A DNA stretch of 64,000 nt from an uncultured Gemmatimonadales bacterium (GCA_963779755.1 CAVZZO010000001.1:2144001-2208000); one strand, 5' to 3'; shown: positions 43,065 through 54,163, counted from the first letter of the stretch. The notes: generated by a model from the sequence alone, not told the origin. Numbers and translations are program-made.

Positions 43065-43759
43065 GGCAGCAGCTGCTCCAGTCGGCCGAAGGAATAGCCG
43101 GCGTCGCGCGCGTCGGCGATGATGCCGGGCAGCGCCTGGGCGGTTTGCAGCCGGTCGCCCTGCAGGTCGTAGCCGTCGCCATCGTGCAGCAGGATGATGG
43201 CGCCGGGCGCCAGATGCCGGCGCACCCGCTCGCGAATGACGGCGGCGCCCGGCCGCGCGGAATCCCACACTCCGAAACTCCACCCGACGGTGTGGAGGCC
43301 CAGCCGGGCGGCGGCCTGTCCCACCCAGGGATTCCGGTAGCCGTGCGGTGCGCGGAACAGCCGCGGCCGCTGGCCGGTCGCGATGCCGATGATCTCGCTG
43401 GTGCGCGCCAGCTCGTCGCGAATCCGCCTCGGCGGCTGGAAGTGCAGCTTCCGGTGCGACCAGGTGTGGTTGCCGATGACATGGCCGGCGGAGGCTACCT
43501 GGCGCGCCACGGCGGGCAGCCGCTCGACAAAACCTCCCACCATGAAGAAGACGGCCGGTACGCGCTCCCGCTCCAGGACGTCGAGCACGGCGGCGGTGGC
43601 CTGGGGGTTGGGGCCGTCGTCGAAGGTGAGAAAGACGGTGGGGTGGCGCGGCCCCCGGCTGATCACCGGGCCGAAGAGTCGGCTCCGCGGATTGTACGCG
43701 CCCCAGGCCATGGCCCCCGCCGTGGCGGCGGCTCCGCCCAGTCCGGGAACCCAGAACAC
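43046..43759 (-). CDS. Polysaccharide deacetylase (CE4/NodB)
   Basis: LTFDDGP, GNHTWSH, FRAPHG, IILLHDG. Confidence 0.93.
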   Translation of the reverse strand: MFWVPGLGGAAATAGAMAWGAYNPRSRLFGPVISRGPRHPTVFLTFDDGPNPQATAAVLDVLERERVPAVFFMVGGFVERLPAVARQVASAGHVIGNHTWSHRKLHFQPPRRIRDELARTSEIIGIATGQRPRLFRAPHGYRNPWVGQAAARLGLHTVGWSFGVWDSARPGAAVIRERVRRHLAPGAIILLHDGDGYDLQGDRLQTAQALPGIIADARDAGYSFGRLEQLLPCSSAA

Positions 43760-43762
43760 GGC

Positions 43763-44866
43763 TCAGCGCACCCGCTGGTAGACCCGCAACACCCGGTCGG
43801 TGATGTGGGGCCAGCCGTAGTCCAGCGCCTTCGCGCGTCCGGCGCGCCCCATGTCGGCGCGGCGGGACGTATCGCCTAACAGCTCGAGGATCGTTTGCGC
43901 CCAGCACTCCGGCCGTCCGGGCGGAACCAGCGCCGCTTCCCGCCCGTGGTTCACCAGCTCCCGGAATCCCGTGATATCGGAGACGATCATCGGCGTGGCG
44001 CAGGCCATGGACTCGAGCAGCGTGATCCCGAAGGAGGCTTTGGTGGTCGGGCAGAGATAAAGATCGGCTGAAGCATAATGCTTCGGACGCTCCCCGTTGA
44101 CCCGCCCCACAAAATCGACGCTCGCGGCCACCGGCCGGGCCAGCCGCTCGTAGACCCCGCGGAGCGGCCCATCGCCCGCCACGGTGAGCCGCGCGCCGGG
44201 ATGCACCTGGAGCACCCGGGGCAGCGCCCGGAGGACGGTGTCGAGCCCATTGCGGGGGTCGAGCCGTCCCAGGAACAGCAGCCGGGGGCCCGGCGCCTGC
44301 GCCGGGCGGCTCCCGGCCGCCGGGTGAAAGACGGTGGTATCAATGCCGTTCGGGATCACCTCCCAGTCGGCCCGGAAGTAGCGGCCGTGCGCCGCCACCA
44401 CCGGCTGGCTGACGGCAATGACCGCGGCGTGCCGGTCCAGTCGTTCTTGCAGCGGGCGGCGGAAGACGCGGTACAGAGCGGAACGGGGGAACCAGGAATG
44501 GAAGGTGGCCACCACCGGCAGATCGAGGCGATGGGCGGCGGTCGCCGCCACCAGCCCGAAGGTAGGGGCCAGGCCGCCGTGGATGTGGAGGACCTCCAGC
44601 CGCTCTCGCCGGAAGAGGTCCTCCAGCCGCTCGGTGAGCCGCCAGCCGGTGGTGACCCGGGCAAAGGATCCGCTGCTGTAGATGACCCGGCTGGTACCGA
44701 CCCGGCGAACGAAATGAGGATCGGGATGATCCAGCCCCTGCATGACCGAGGTGATCACCACCGGGTCGTGTCCCCGCCGCTCCAGTTCGATCGCCAGGTT
44801 GTGAACGTGCTCGGTGACCCCGCCCAGGTGGGGATAATAGAACTCCGTGACCAGCCCGATGCGCAT
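43763..44866 (-). CDS. GT4 glycosyltransferase (PimA-like)
   Basis: MRIGLV...Y..LGGV.EH, VATFH, IPNGID, LFLGRLD, SFGITLLESMAC. Confidence 0.92.
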   Translation of the reverse strand: MRIGLVTEFYYPHLGGVTEHVHNLAIELERRGHDPVVITSVMQGLDHPDPHFVRRVGTSRVIYSSGSFARVTTGWRLTERLEDLFRRERLEVLHIHGGLAPTFGLVAATAAHRLDLPVVATFHSWFPRSALYRVFRRPLQERLDRHAAVIAVSQPVVAAHGRYFRADWEVIPNGIDTTVFHPAAGSRPAQAPGPRLLFLGRLDPRNGLDTVLRALPRVLQVHPGARLTVAGDGPLRGVYERLARPVAASVDFVGRVNGERPKHYASADLYLCPTTKASFGITLLESMACATPMIVSDITGFRELVNHGREAALVPPGRPECWAQTILELLGDTSRRADMGRAGRAKALDYGWPHITDRVLRVYQRVR

Positions 44867-44900
44867 ACGAGGCCTACCGGTTGAGAACGCCTCCCGTTGG

Positions 44901-44915
44901 GCAAGATGACAGCCA
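44901..44915 (-). promoter_or_regulatory. Sigma54 (-24/-12) promoter of the GT4 operon
   Basis: TGGCTGT-CATC-TTGC with GG-N10-GC spacing, 35 bp upstream of the ATG at 44866. Confidence 0.65.
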
Positions 44916-45000
44916 GGAGCCTGGGCCCCTCCCGCACAGAGCCAAGGCGGGCAGAGCCAACGACATAGGATGCAGGGAGAACCTCAATCTTCATGCACCG

Positions 45001-45060
45001 GGGACAAAATGGCCAGGCAGTAATGGTACGCTTCCTGGCCCATAGGAGCCAAAGTGTCCC
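45001..45060. promoter_or_regulatory. Second pair of candidate UAS palindromes
   Basis: gggaca-aaa-tggcca (45001) and gagcca-aag-tgtccc (45046) match the 39245/39263 sites. Confidence 0.65.
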
Positions 45061-45275
45061 GGAATCGTCGCTTCTGCCGCCGCGCTACGCCAGTGGCAGG
45101 ATCCGGTTCTCGGGTATCTCGAAGGTGCGGGTGCCGTCGATGCAGGTCTTGTTGTCCTGAAAATGAGCCCGACCAGGCTGGTGGTTCCATTGGGGAGGCG
45201 ACGGCCCGGGACGTGCCGGGAATGACGCGCTCCGGCAGCCATTGCCTATCTCCTTGGCTCCTGCGAATTTCCAGC

Positions 45276-46307
45276 ATGACATGGGATGCGCTGCTGACCG
45301 ACCTCAAATCCGGGAAGGCCGCGGCCTTGGCGCGCGCGATTTCGATCGTGGAGAACGAGCGCCCCGGGTTCGAACAACTGCTGACGGAGTTGCATCCCTC
45401 CCTTGGCCGGGCCTGGCGGATCGGCCTGACCGGCCCTCCAGGCGCCGGGAAATCCACCCTCACTGAAGAACTGGTCCGCGCCTACCGCGCCCAGGGCCGC
45501 ACCGTGGCGGTGGTGGCGGTCGATCCCACCAGCCCGTTCACCGGCGGCGCCCTGCTGGGCGACCGGATCCGGATGGAGTCGGTGGCCCTGGATGATGGCG
45601 TGTTCATCCGCTCCATGGCGACCCGGGGATCGCTGGGAGGGCTGGCGATGAGTACGCGCGAGGTCTGCGATGTGCTCGATGCGGCCGGCTTCGACCGCCT
45701 GCTGATCGAAACGGTCGGCGTGGGGCAGTCGGAGCTGGATGTCACCCGGATGGCCGATACCACCCTGCTGGCGCTGGTGCCCGAGTCCGGCGACGGCATT
45801 CAGGTGCTCAAGGCCGGCGTGATCGAAGCCGCCGATCTGTTCGTGGTGAACAAGGCCGACCGCCCCGGCGCCGACCGCATGCGGCACGAGCTGGAGGTGA
45901 TGCTGGGCTTACGGCATGGCCGCACGCTCCGGAACGTGCCGGCCCACCATGGGGCGTTGCGCTCCGGCCCGGCGCCGGAGGCGCCGGAAAGCGACGGTGG
46001 CTGGTCACCCGAGGTGCTCACCACCGTTGCGGTGAAGAGCGAGGGTACGCCGGAGCTGATGGCGGCGCTGGAGCGGCACCGGCAATGGCTGGAAACCACC
46101 GGCGAGCTGGCCGAACGCCGCCGCCGCCGTCTGCGGGAACGCACACGAGAGGTCGTCAACCGGGCCGCCCGGCAGTGGATCTGGGACGAAACCCAGGCCG
46201 ACCAGATGATCGAAGAACGGCTCGATGCCGTGCTGGCCGGCCGGCTGAGTCCCTACGAGGTGGCGGGGCTGGTCCTGGAGAGCCTGAAACAGGGAGCGCG
46301 GGTATGA
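45276..46307 (+). CDS. meaB: MeaB/ArgK GTPase chaperone of acyl-CoA mutase
   Basis: [52 protein letters not shown]. Confidence 0.96.
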   Translation: MTWDALLTDLKSGKAAALARAISIVENERPGFEQLLTELHPSLGRAWRIGLTGPPGAGKSTLTEELVRAYRAQGRTVAVVAVDPTSPFTGGALLGDRIRMESVALDDGVFIRSMATRGSLGGLAMSTREVCDVLDAAGFDRLLIETVGVGQSELDVTRMADTTLLALVPESGDGIQVLKAGVIEAADLFVVNKADRPGADRMRHELEVMLGLRHGRTLRNVPAHHGALRSGPAPEAPESDGGWSPEVLTTVAVKSEGTPELMAALERHRQWLETTGELAERRRRRLRERTREVVNRAARQWIWDETQADQMIEERLDAVLAGRLSPYEVAGLVLESLKQGARV

Positions 46308-48010
46308 GTGATCAGGACGCCGCGGCCGCCGGACTGCACCGCCGGGTGGCCGAACAGGAACGCGAGCTGGCCGAGCTCCGCCGCGAGGTGGAGCGGTGGC
46401 GGGCGCTGGCCGCGAACGCGCCGCTGCGCGATACCGCCTTTGCGACGGTGAGCGGACGTGAGGTCGAACCGGTGTATACGCCGCTCGACCTGCGTCCCGA
46501 TCTCATCGAGGCCAGCGGCCTGCCGGGAGCCTTTCCCTATACCCGCGGGATCCATCCCACCATGTATCGCGGGCGGCTCTGGACCATGCGGCAGTTCGCC
46601 GGGTTCGGAACGGCCGAGGACACCAACCGGCGCTACAAGTTTCTGCTGTCGCGGGGGCAGACCGGCCTGTCGGTGGCGTTCGATTTCCCCACGCTGATGG
46701 GCTACGACTCCGACCACCCGCGCAGCGAGGGCGAGGTCGGCAAGTGCGGCGTCGCCATCTCCAGCCTGGCGGACATGGAAACGCTGTTCGACGGCATCCC
46801 GCTGGACCGGGTCTCCACCTCGATGACCATCAACGGCCCGGCGCCGATGCTCTTCTGTTTCTACGTGGCGGCGGCCGAGAAACAGGGGGTGGCGCCCGCA
46901 CAGCTGCAGGGCACGGTCCAGAACGACATGCTGAAGGAGTACATGGCCCAGCATGCCTGGATCTTCCCGGTGGAGCCGGCGCTCAAGGTCATCGTCGACA
47001 TGTTCGAGTGGGCGTCGGAGCACACCCCGAAGTGGAACACCATCTCCATTTCCGGCTATCACATCCGCGAGGCGGGCGCCACCGCGGCCCAGGAGCTGGC
47101 CTTCACCCTGGCGAACGGCTTCTCCTATGTGGAGCACGGCATCGCCCGCGGGCTGGACGTCGATGCCTTCGCGCCCCGGCTCTCGTTCTTCTGGGACGTG
47201 CACAACGATTTCTTCGAAGAGATCGCCAAGATGCGGGCCGCGCGGCGGATCTGGGCCCGCAGCATGCGCGAGAAGTACGGGGCGACCAATCCGCGCAGCT
47301 GGGCCATGCGCTTCCACTGCCAGACGGCGGGGGTGACGCTGACGGCGCAGCAGCCGCTCAACAACATCGTGCGGGTCGCCTACCAGGCCATGGCGGCCGT
47401 GATGGGCGGCACCCAGTCGCTCCATACCAATGCCCTGGACGAGACGCTGGCCCTGCCCACCGAAGAGGCGGTCCGGGTGGCGCTCCGCACCCAGCAGATC
47501 CTCGCGTGGGAGACCGGGGTACCCAACGTGGCCGACCCGCTGGGCGGGTCTTATTACGTCGAGGCCCTGACCGACCAGCTGGAGCGCGAGGCGGCGGGGC
47601 TGTTCGCGGAGATCGAGGCGCAGGGCGGGGTCGTGCCGGCCATCGAGAAGGGCTGGTTCCAGCGCCAGATCGCGGCCTCGGCCGCCTCCTTCCAGCGGGA
47701 GGTGGAATCGGGGCGGCGTACCATCGTGGGTGTCAACGAATACGTGGAGACGGCGGAATCGCCGGTCGAGGTGCTCCGGATCGGCGAAGAGGCCGAGCGC
47801 ACCCAGCGCGAGCGGATGGCGCGGTTGCGCGCCACGCGCGATACGGCTCTGGTGGAGCAACGGCTGGCGGCGCTGGCGGAGGCGGCGCGGGAAGACCGGA
47901 ACGTGATGCCGGCCATGCTCGACTGCGCCCGCGCCTACTGTACCCTGTATGAAATCCGGCACGTGCTGGAGCGCATCTTCGGCACCTATCGCGAGCCGGT
48001 ATTCTTCTGA
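46304..48010 (+). CDS. icmA: B12-dependent acyl-CoA mutase large subunit, isobutyryl-CoA mutase-type
   Basis: [50 protein letters not shown]; Phe and Gln at the positions of MCM Tyr89 and Arg207. Confidence 0.85.
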   Translation: MSDQDAAAAGLHRRVAEQERELAELRREVERWRALAANAPLRDTAFATVSGREVEPVYTPLDLRPDLIEASGLPGAFPYTRGIHPTMYRGRLWTMRQFAGFGTAEDTNRRYKFLLSRGQTGLSVAFDFPTLMGYDSDHPRSEGEVGKCGVAISSLADMETLFDGIPLDRVSTSMTINGPAPMLFCFYVAAAEKQGVAPAQLQGTVQNDMLKEYMAQHAWIFPVEPALKVIVDMFEWASEHTPKWNTISISGYHIREAGATAAQELAFTLANGFSYVEHGIARGLDVDAFAPRLSFFWDVHNDFFEEIAKMRAARRIWARSMREKYGATNPRSWAMRFHCQTAGVTLTAQQPLNNIVRVAYQAMAAVMGGTQSLHTNALDETLALPTEEAVRVALRTQQILAWETGVPNVADPLGGSYYVEALTDQLEREAAGLFAEIEAQGGVVPAIEKGWFQRQIAASAASFQREVESGRRTIVGVNEYVETAESPVEVLRIGEEAERTQRERMARLRATRDTALVEQRLAALAEAAREDRNVMPAMLDCARAYCTLYEIRHVLERIFGTYREPVFF

Positions 48011-48084
48011 TGATCTCGCCGGGACGGGTCCGGCCGGGGCGCCGCGTGCGCCCGGCCGGAGCGCCGGCGATGACGGGATGGCAC

Positions 48085-49239
48085 ATGAACCAGCCAGACA
48101 TCTCGGGCCAGCTGGAGCGGCTGACGCAGGTCCGGGCCGACAGCCACCGCGTAGTCACCTGCTATCTCAAGCTGGAGCCGCGTGACCGCGCCCGCGGGAA
48201 ATATCTCATCAAGCTCAAGAACCGGGTCCGGGCGGTCGAAGGGGCCCTGGAGGAGCTGGAGCTGCCGCGCGACGTCCGCGAAGCGGTCAAGCACGACTGC
48301 CAGCGAATCCTCGATTATCTGGGCGCGCCGGGGAACCTCCCCGCCACCCAGGGACTGGCGGTGTTCGCCTGCACTCCGCTCAAGCTGTTCGAAGCGCTGC
48401 CGCTCCCCGGAGTCTATCGTTCCCGGCTCACGGTCGACCGCACCCCGCTGGTGCGCGAGCTGGCGGCCGTGCTGGACGAATTCGGCCGCCTGATCACCGC
48501 CGTGGTCGACCGCACCAGCGCCCGCTTTTTCGAGGTCACCGCCTATGACTGCCGGGAGCTGGACAGTCTGCGGGCCGATTTCACCCGTGGGGGGAGGTAT
48601 TACGGCGAGCGTCAGGGGTTCTTCGGCCGCAGCGAGCACGATTATCACAGCCGGATCCGCGAAGAAAAGCGGCGGCACTACGCCAACGTGGCGCAGCAAC
48701 TGTTCGAGCTGACCCAGCGCGAGCCGGCGCACGGCGTGGTGCTGGCCGGGCCCGGATCCGAGGCGGGGGCGGTGGAGCCGTATCTGCATCCCTACCTGGC
48801 CGAGCGGCTGATGGGAACGGTGCGGCTCAATCCGAAGGACCTGAGTGCGCAGGCGGTGCACACCGCCACCCTGGAGGTTCGCCACGACTGGGAACGGCGC
48901 GCCGAGCGCGACCTGGTCGGCCGGATGCAGGAAGGACTGGGAAGCGGTTGGGCGGTCAACGGCCTCGGCCCGGCCCTGCGCGCCCTGGGGCGCGGCCAGG
49001 TACGCACCCTGCTGGTGGCGGCGGACGCCGCGCAGCCCGGCTTCCGGTGCGCCGATACCGGGCGGCTGGTGCTGGGGCCGCGTGATTGCCGGGGTGAAGG
49101 CGAATCGGTGCCGGTCCTCGACGTGGTCGACGAGGCCATCGAAGAGGCACTGCGGCAGCAGGTGGGAGTCAACGTGGTCTATGATGATCAGGCCGCCGGC
49201 CAGATCGACGGGCTGGCCGGCCTGCTCCGTTTCCGGTAA
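48085..49239 (+). CDS. Bacterial archaeo-eukaryotic release-factor-like protein (baeRF/aeRF1 fold), no GGQ
   Basis: [56 protein letters not shown]-terminal DGLAGLLRF; alternative starts at 48010 and 48070. Confidence 0.82.
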   Translation: MNQPDISGQLERLTQVRADSHRVVTCYLKLEPRDRARGKYLIKLKNRVRAVEGALEELELPRDVREAVKHDCQRILDYLGAPGNLPATQGLAVFACTPLKLFEALPLPGVYRSRLTVDRTPLVRELAAVLDEFGRLITAVVDRTSARFFEVTAYDCRELDSLRADFTRGGRYYGERQGFFGRSEHDYHSRIREEKRRHYANVAQQLFELTQREPAHGVVLAGPGSEAGAVEPYLHPYLAERLMGTVRLNPKDLSAQAVHTATLEVRHDWERRAERDLVGRMQEGLGSGWAVNGLGPALRALGRGQVRTLLVAADAAQPGFRCADTGRLVLGPRDCRGEGESVPVLDVVDEAIEEALRQQVGVNVVYDDQAAGQIDGLAGLLRFR

Positions 49240-49261
49240 GCCGTCAAGGAGATTGCCCCGC

Positions 49262-49690
49262 ATGCCGTCTTCCGTTCATACCCCTTCCCGGCCCATCCGG
49301 GTGCTGGTCGCCAAACCCGGGCTGGACGGTCACGACCGTGGCGCGAAGGTCGTGGCCGCCGCGCTGCGCGATGCGGGCATGGAGGTGATCTACACCGGCC
49401 TGCATCAGACGCCCGAGATGATCGCCCGCGCGGCCGTTCAGGAGGATGTCGATGTGGTCGGGCTCTCGATTCTGAGCGGGGCGCACATGACGCTCTTTCC
49501 CCGCGTCCGCGCGCTCCTGGTCGAGCAGGGTCGGCCCGACATCCTGGTGACCGGGGGCGGCATCATCCCCGACGAAGATCGCCAGGCGCTGGAAGCGAAG
49601 GGCATCGGACGGCTGTTCGGCCCCGGCACGCCCACGGCGGATCTGATCAGCTATATCCGGTCCTGGGCCGCCGACCATCTCGACCGGTGA
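49262..49690 (+). CDS. icmB: Cobalamin-binding small subunit of acyl-CoA mutase
   Basis: [12 protein letters not shown] (DxHxxG), [19 protein letters not shown]. Confidence 0.9.
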   Translation: MPSSVHTPSRPIRVLVAKPGLDGHDRGAKVVAAALRDAGMEVIYTGLHQTPEMIARAAVQEDVDVVGLSILSGAHMTLFPRVRALLVEQGRPDILVTGGGIIPDEDRQALEAKGIGRLFGPGTPTADLISYIRSWAADHLDR

Positions 49691-49694
49691 GCCT

Positions 49695-51341
49695 GTGACC
49701 GCCTCGCCGACTGCTTCCCGTCCCGGCCGCCTGAAATCGCTGACCCGCGAATACCAGGCCCTGGCCGAACGCCTGCGCCAGGGCGGCGGCCCCCGGCGGA
49801 TCCAGAAAATGCACGACCAGGGCAAGCTGTCGCCCCGCGAGCGGGTCGAGCAGCTGCTGGATCCCGGCGCGCCCTGGTTCGAAGTCGGCCTGCTCATGGC
49901 GTACGACCAGTACGAGGGGCAAGCCCCCGGCGCCGGCGTCATTACCGGCGTGGGCCTGGTGGAAGGCCGCGAAGTGGTGGTGGTGGCCAACGACGCCACG
50001 GTCAAGGCGGGGGCCTGGTGGCCCGAGACCATCCGCAAGATGCTGCGGGCGCAGGAAATCGCCATGCGGCAGCGGATTCCCATCATCTACCTCGTCGATT
50101 CGGCCGGCGTGAACCTGCCCTACCAGGGCGGCGTCTTTCCCGGCCAGTACGGCGCGGCGCGGCTCTTTTACTACAACTCGATCATGCGCCGCTACCTTCA
50201 CGTCCCCCAGATCTCCGCGGTCATGGGATCCTGCGTGGCGGGGGGGGCGTATCTGCCGGCGCTCTCCGACGTGATCTTCATGGTGGAGGGCACCAGCTTC
50301 ATGGGCCTGGGCGGCCCCAACCTGGTGAAGGGCGCCACGGGCCAGAGCGTGGAGGCCGAGTTCCTGGGCGGCGCCCGGACCCACACCGAGATCAGCGGGG
50401 TGGCCCACTACCGCGCGGCGAACGATCGCGACTGCCTGGCGCAGATCCGCTCCTACATCGCCCGGCTGCCGCGGTACGAGGGCATCGCGGCGCACCTGTC
50501 GGAGCCCCGGCCGCCCGCCCGCCCGCCGGAGGAGTTGTATGCCCTGCTGCCGCAGGATCATCGCATGTCCTACGACATGCACCGGGTGCTGGCCTGCCTG
50601 CTGGACGGCGGCGAGCTGGAAGAGTTCCAGCCCGGGATGGCGGGCGAGCTGCTCTGCGGCCATGCGCGGATCGAGGGCCGGCCCGTGGCGGTGCTGGCCA
50701 ACCAGCGGGGGCTGATCAAGGGGCGCGAGGGCGAACGCCCCCGCACCGGCGGCATCATCTACACCGGGAGCGCGGAGAAGGCCGCCTTCTTTATCGACAC
50801 CGCCAGCCGCGAGCGGATTCCACTGCTCTTCGTCCAGGATGTGAGCGGGTTCATGGTCGGCCCCGAGGCCGAGCATGCGGGCATCATCCGGGCCGGCGCA
50901 CGCTTCGTGGAGGCCATGTCGACCGCCGTGGTGCCCAAGCTGGTGCTCACCGTGAACCACGCCTCGGGCGCGGGCTACTATGCCATGGCGGGGCAGGGGT
51001 TCGATCCCGATTTCATCCTGAGCTGGCCCACCGGGCGGATGGCGGTGATGGAAGGCGAATCGGCCGTCGGGGCGGTGCACGGACCCGAGCTCGCCCGGGC
51101 GCGCCAGTCCGGCCAGGCGGTCCCGCCCGAGGTGCAGGAGTCGGTCGTGTCCATGCGCGCGGATTACGAGCACCAGCTGGATGCCAAATATGCCGCCGCC
51201 CGCGGCTTCGTGGATGCCATCGTCACGCCGGAAGAGACCCGCCGGCTGCTCGATCTGCTGCTCCGGGTCACCGCGAGCTATGCCGGGCCGCACATCGGTC
51301 CCTTTGTCCTTCCGCCGCTCGACGCGGCGGTCACCCGCTGA
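49695..51341 (+). CDS. Acyl-CoA carboxylase carboxyltransferase subunit (MCC/geranyl-CoA carboxylase beta-like)
   Basis: GKLSPRERV..LLDPG, ANDATVKAG, LVDSAGVNLP, GSCVAGGAY, DVSGFMVG, SGAGYYAM. Confidence 0.92.
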   Translation: MTASPTASRPGRLKSLTREYQALAERLRQGGGPRRIQKMHDQGKLSPRERVEQLLDPGAPWFEVGLLMAYDQYEGQAPGAGVITGVGLVEGREVVVVANDATVKAGAWWPETIRKMLRAQEIAMRQRIPIIYLVDSAGVNLPYQGGVFPGQYGAARLFYYNSIMRRYLHVPQISAVMGSCVAGGAYLPALSDVIFMVEGTSFMGLGGPNLVKGATGQSVEAEFLGGARTHTEISGVAHYRAANDRDCLAQIRSYIARLPRYEGIAAHLSEPRPPARPPEELYALLPQDHRMSYDMHRVLACLLDGGELEEFQPGMAGELLCGHARIEGRPVAVLANQRGLIKGREGERPRTGGIIYTGSAEKAAFFIDTASRERIPLLFVQDVSGFMVGPEAEHAGIIRAGARFVEAMSTAVVPKLVLTVNHASGAGYYAMAGQGFDPDFILSWPTGRMAVMEGESAVGAVHGPELARARQSGQAVPPEVQESVVSMRADYEHQLDAKYAAARGFVDAIVTPEETRRLLDLLLRVTASYAGPHIGPFVLPPLDAAVTR

Positions 51342-51346
51342 TTCGC

Positions 51347-54163
51347 ATGCACCGTCGCCTCCTGCCGGGGCTGGCGCTCGCCGCCGCCCTCGGTTGCGCC
51401 CACCCGTCCCAGCCCGCCATCAAGCCGAACATCGATCCGGGCCTGCACCCGATGCCGGATACCAGCCAGTCGGTCACCACACCCCTGGAACCTGCCATCC
51501 CGCCCGAGGAGGCGTTCCTGGAAGGGGCCATGCCGCTTGCGTCCACCGGCATCCCCGCGTTCCTGCACGACCATCCGGACTATGACGGTCGTGGCGTGCT
51601 GATCGGCATTCTGGACAGCGGGATCGATCCGGGGGTGCCGGGCCTCGGCCTCACCACCACGGGCGAGCGGAAGATTCTCGATCTCCGCGATTTCTCCCGG
51701 GAAGGGGCGGTGGCGCTCCAGCCGGTGAGCCCGTCGGAGGACACGGTCCGGATCGGCCGGCGGGTGCTGGCGGGGTTCAGCCGGGTCGTTTCCTTCGATG
51801 CGCATGGGCCCTTCTACGGCGGCCTGGTGGCGGAGCTGCCTCTGGGCGAGGGGCCGGCCGCCGACCTCAACGGCAACGGGACCGTGGGCGATACCCTCCC
51901 GGTGGTGGTGGCCCGCGCCAGCGACGGGTGGGTGCTGTTCGCCGATACCGACGGCGACGGCACCCTGGCCGACGAGCGGCCCATTCACGACTATCTGGTG
52001 GCGCACGAGATCTTCGGCTGGCATCGGCCGGGCGGGCAGCCAACGCTCACCATGGCCGTCAACTTCCGGGAGGAGGGCGACCGGCCCGGTCTCGACCTCT
52101 TCTTCGACACCAGTGGCCACGGTACCCACGTCAGCGGCATCGCCGCCGGGCATGACATGTACAAGGTGCCGGGTTTCAACGGCGTGGCTCCCGGCGCGTG
52201 GCTGCTGGGCCTCAAGATCGCCAACGACGCGCAGGGCGGCGTCTCCACCACGGGCAGCATGCTGCGCGCGATGGACTACGCGATCCGTTTCGCGGCCGCC
52301 CGCCAGCTCCCGCTGGTGCTCAACATGAGTTTCGGTGTGGGAAATGAAATCGAAGGCACCGCGCGCATCGATCAGCTGGTAGACTCCGTGCTGGCGGCGC
52401 ACCCCGACTTGGTCTTCACCATCAGCGCCGGCAACGACGGCCCGGGCCTCTCCACCCTCGGCTTTCCGGGGTCGGCGCAGCTGCCCATTACCGTCGGCGC
52501 CATGCTGCCGGTGGCCCGGCGCCCCGGCATGGCGGCGCCGCCCGAACCGGTGGCCTACTTCAGCAGCCGGGGCGGGGAGCTTGCCAAACCCGACCTGGTT
52601 ACCCCCGGCACCGCCTATTCCACGGTGCCGCCCTGGCATGCGGGTGAGGAAGAAGAAAGCGGCACCAGCATGGCCTCGCCGCATGCGGCCGGATTGGCGG
52701 CCCTGCTCCGGTCGGGGCTACGGCAGGAACAGCGCACCGCCAGCGCGCGGGAGATCAAGCAGGCGCTGATGGCAACCGCCCATCCGGTGGAGGGGGAATC
52801 GTATCTCGATGCCGGGAGCGGCATTCCGGACATCGGGGCCGCCTGGGCCTGGCTCGCCGCGGGGCACCGGCTGCGCGCTATCGAGGTCAGTGTGCCGGAT
52901 GGCCACGGCGTCAGTGCCGCCTACCGCCCGGCGGGTCTGGCCGGGGTGGCCGACACGCTGCAGCGGTTTGTGCTGACTCCCGGGGACGGCGCCGGCAGGG
53001 CGGTCTATCACCTGCGCAGCGATGCGCCCTGGCTCCTGGCGCCCGATTCGGTCGTGCTGGGGCAGGGCGCCGATACGGTAGCCCTGCGGTATCATCTGGC
53101 CGGCCCGTCGGTCCTGACGCGCATCGGCGTGGTCACCGGATGGGGCGCCGACACTGCGGCGGGCCCGGCATTTCGTCTGGTCAATGCCATCGGCGCATCG
53201 GTGCCGGCCGACTCCAGCTGGACCGAATCGGCTTTCGCGCCGATCGCCGCAGGCGGCCAGCGGCGGCTGTTCATTCTGGCCGACAGCGGCCAGCCATTCG
53301 AGGTTCGCACCCGGGTCGGCTCCATGCAGCGGGCTCTGGTCTTTCTGCACGAGCCCGATGGCATGCCGCTGCGCGGATCCGCGCCGCAGATCGCCGTGCC
53401 GGGCGACCAGGAGGTCGGTTTCCGCCCCGATGCACGCGATATCGTCTCGGGCGCCTACCAGGTGGCGGCCGTCGCGCCGCCGACGCAGAAGAGTTCGGTC
53501 CTGTTCCATGTGCTGCGGCCGCCGGTAACCTTCGACGCCGCCCGCACCGGGGACGGGGTTGCCGCGACCGTTACCGATCGAGGCCGCTCGCAGGCGGCCG
53601 GGACCGTATCGCTCGCCCTGACGGGCGCCGAGCGGACGGTGCGGGTCATCTCCCGGGGGTCCGATACCACCGCCATTCCCGTCGTCATTCCGGGCTGGGC
53701 CGAGCAGGCGCAGGTGGATGTAGTGATGGACCCGCGCCAGTGGTCCCGTTTCACGGATTTCGGGGTCACGCTGTTCCATCAGAACGGCGAAATCATCGAA
53801 AGCCTGCCGCTCAACTACGCCCTGGGCCGTCTCTCGGTGGATTCTCTGGGTGCGCTGGCCGGCGCGCCGGCGGTCCTGCGCCTCTTTCCCGCGCTGGCCG
53901 AGCCGGAAAGCACCGAGCGCTGGACGGCCACGGTCTATCTGCGCTTTTATGCCGCCGATTCCATTCCCCTGCAGGCGGCCGGGGGCGGATCCTTCACGCT
54001 GGCCGGCGGTTCCAGCGCCATGGTACGGTTCGCCTGGACGGCGCCGAGCTGGGAGCTGGGCGACGGATTCTATCCCCTCGGCAGCCTCACGGTGCAGACG
54101 GCCGGCGAGCCGTGGACGCGACAGGTCCCGCTCGCTCCACCCGTACCGGCGCTGCGCAAGTGA
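51347..54163 (+). CDS. S8 subtilase lipoprotein, tripeptidyl-peptidase II-like
   Basis: LAAALGC lipobox; [34 protein letters not shown] triad with a long Asp-His insert. Confidence 0.9.
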   Translation: MHRRLLPGLALAAALGCAHPSQPAIKPNIDPGLHPMPDTSQSVTTPLEPAIPPEEAFLEGAMPLASTGIPAFLHDHPDYDGRGVLIGILDSGIDPGVPGLGLTTTGERKILDLRDFSREGAVALQPVSPSEDTVRIGRRVLAGFSRVVSFDAHGPFYGGLVAELPLGEGPAADLNGNGTVGDTLPVVVARASDGWVLFADTDGDGTLADERPIHDYLVAHEIFGWHRPGGQPTLTMAVNFREEGDRPGLDLFFDTSGHGTHVSGIAAGHDMYKVPGFNGVAPGAWLLGLKIANDAQGGVSTTGSMLRAMDYAIRFAAARQLPLVLNMSFGVGNEIEGTARIDQLVDSVLAAHPDLVFTISAGNDGPGLSTLGFPGSAQLPITVGAMLPVARRPGMAAPPEPVAYFSSRGGELAKPDLVTPGTAYSTVPPWHAGEEEESGTSMASPHAAGLAALLRSGLRQEQRTASAREIKQALMATAHPVEGESYLDAGSGIPDIGAAWAWLAAGHRLRAIEVSVPDGHGVSAAYRPAGLAGVADTLQRFVLTPGDGAGRAVYHLRSDAPWLLAPDSVVLGQGADTVALRYHLAGPSVLTRIGVVTGWGADTAAGPAFRLVNAIGASVPADSSWTESAFAPIAAGGQRRLFILADSGQPFEVRTRVGSMQRALVFLHEPDGMPLRGSAPQIAVPGDQEVGFRPDARDIVSGAYQVAAVAPPTQKSSVLFHVLRPPVTFDAARTGDGVAATVTDRGRSQAAGTVSLALTGAERTVRVISRGSDTTAIPVVIPGWAEQAQVDVVMDPRQWSRFTDFGVTLFHQNGEIIESLPLNYALGRLSVDSLGALAGAPAVLRLFPALAEPESTERWTATVYLRFYAADSIPLQAAGGGSFTLAGGSSAMVRFAWTAPSWELGDGFYPLGSLTVQTAGEPWTRQVPLAPPVPALRK

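Noticed and set aside
45024..45039. Plus-strand TGGTACG as a sigma54 promoter for meaB
   Set aside because: The -12 position reads GG rather than GC at the required spacing.
46304..48010. Calling the mutase methylmalonyl-CoA mutase
   Set aside because: It lacks the Tyr and Arg that bind the substrate carboxylate, having Phe and Gln instead.
50018..51346. Apparent 1381-aa ORF extending the S8 peptidase upstream
   Set aside because: The extension is an alternative frame of the carboxyltransferase; the signal peptide starts at 51347.
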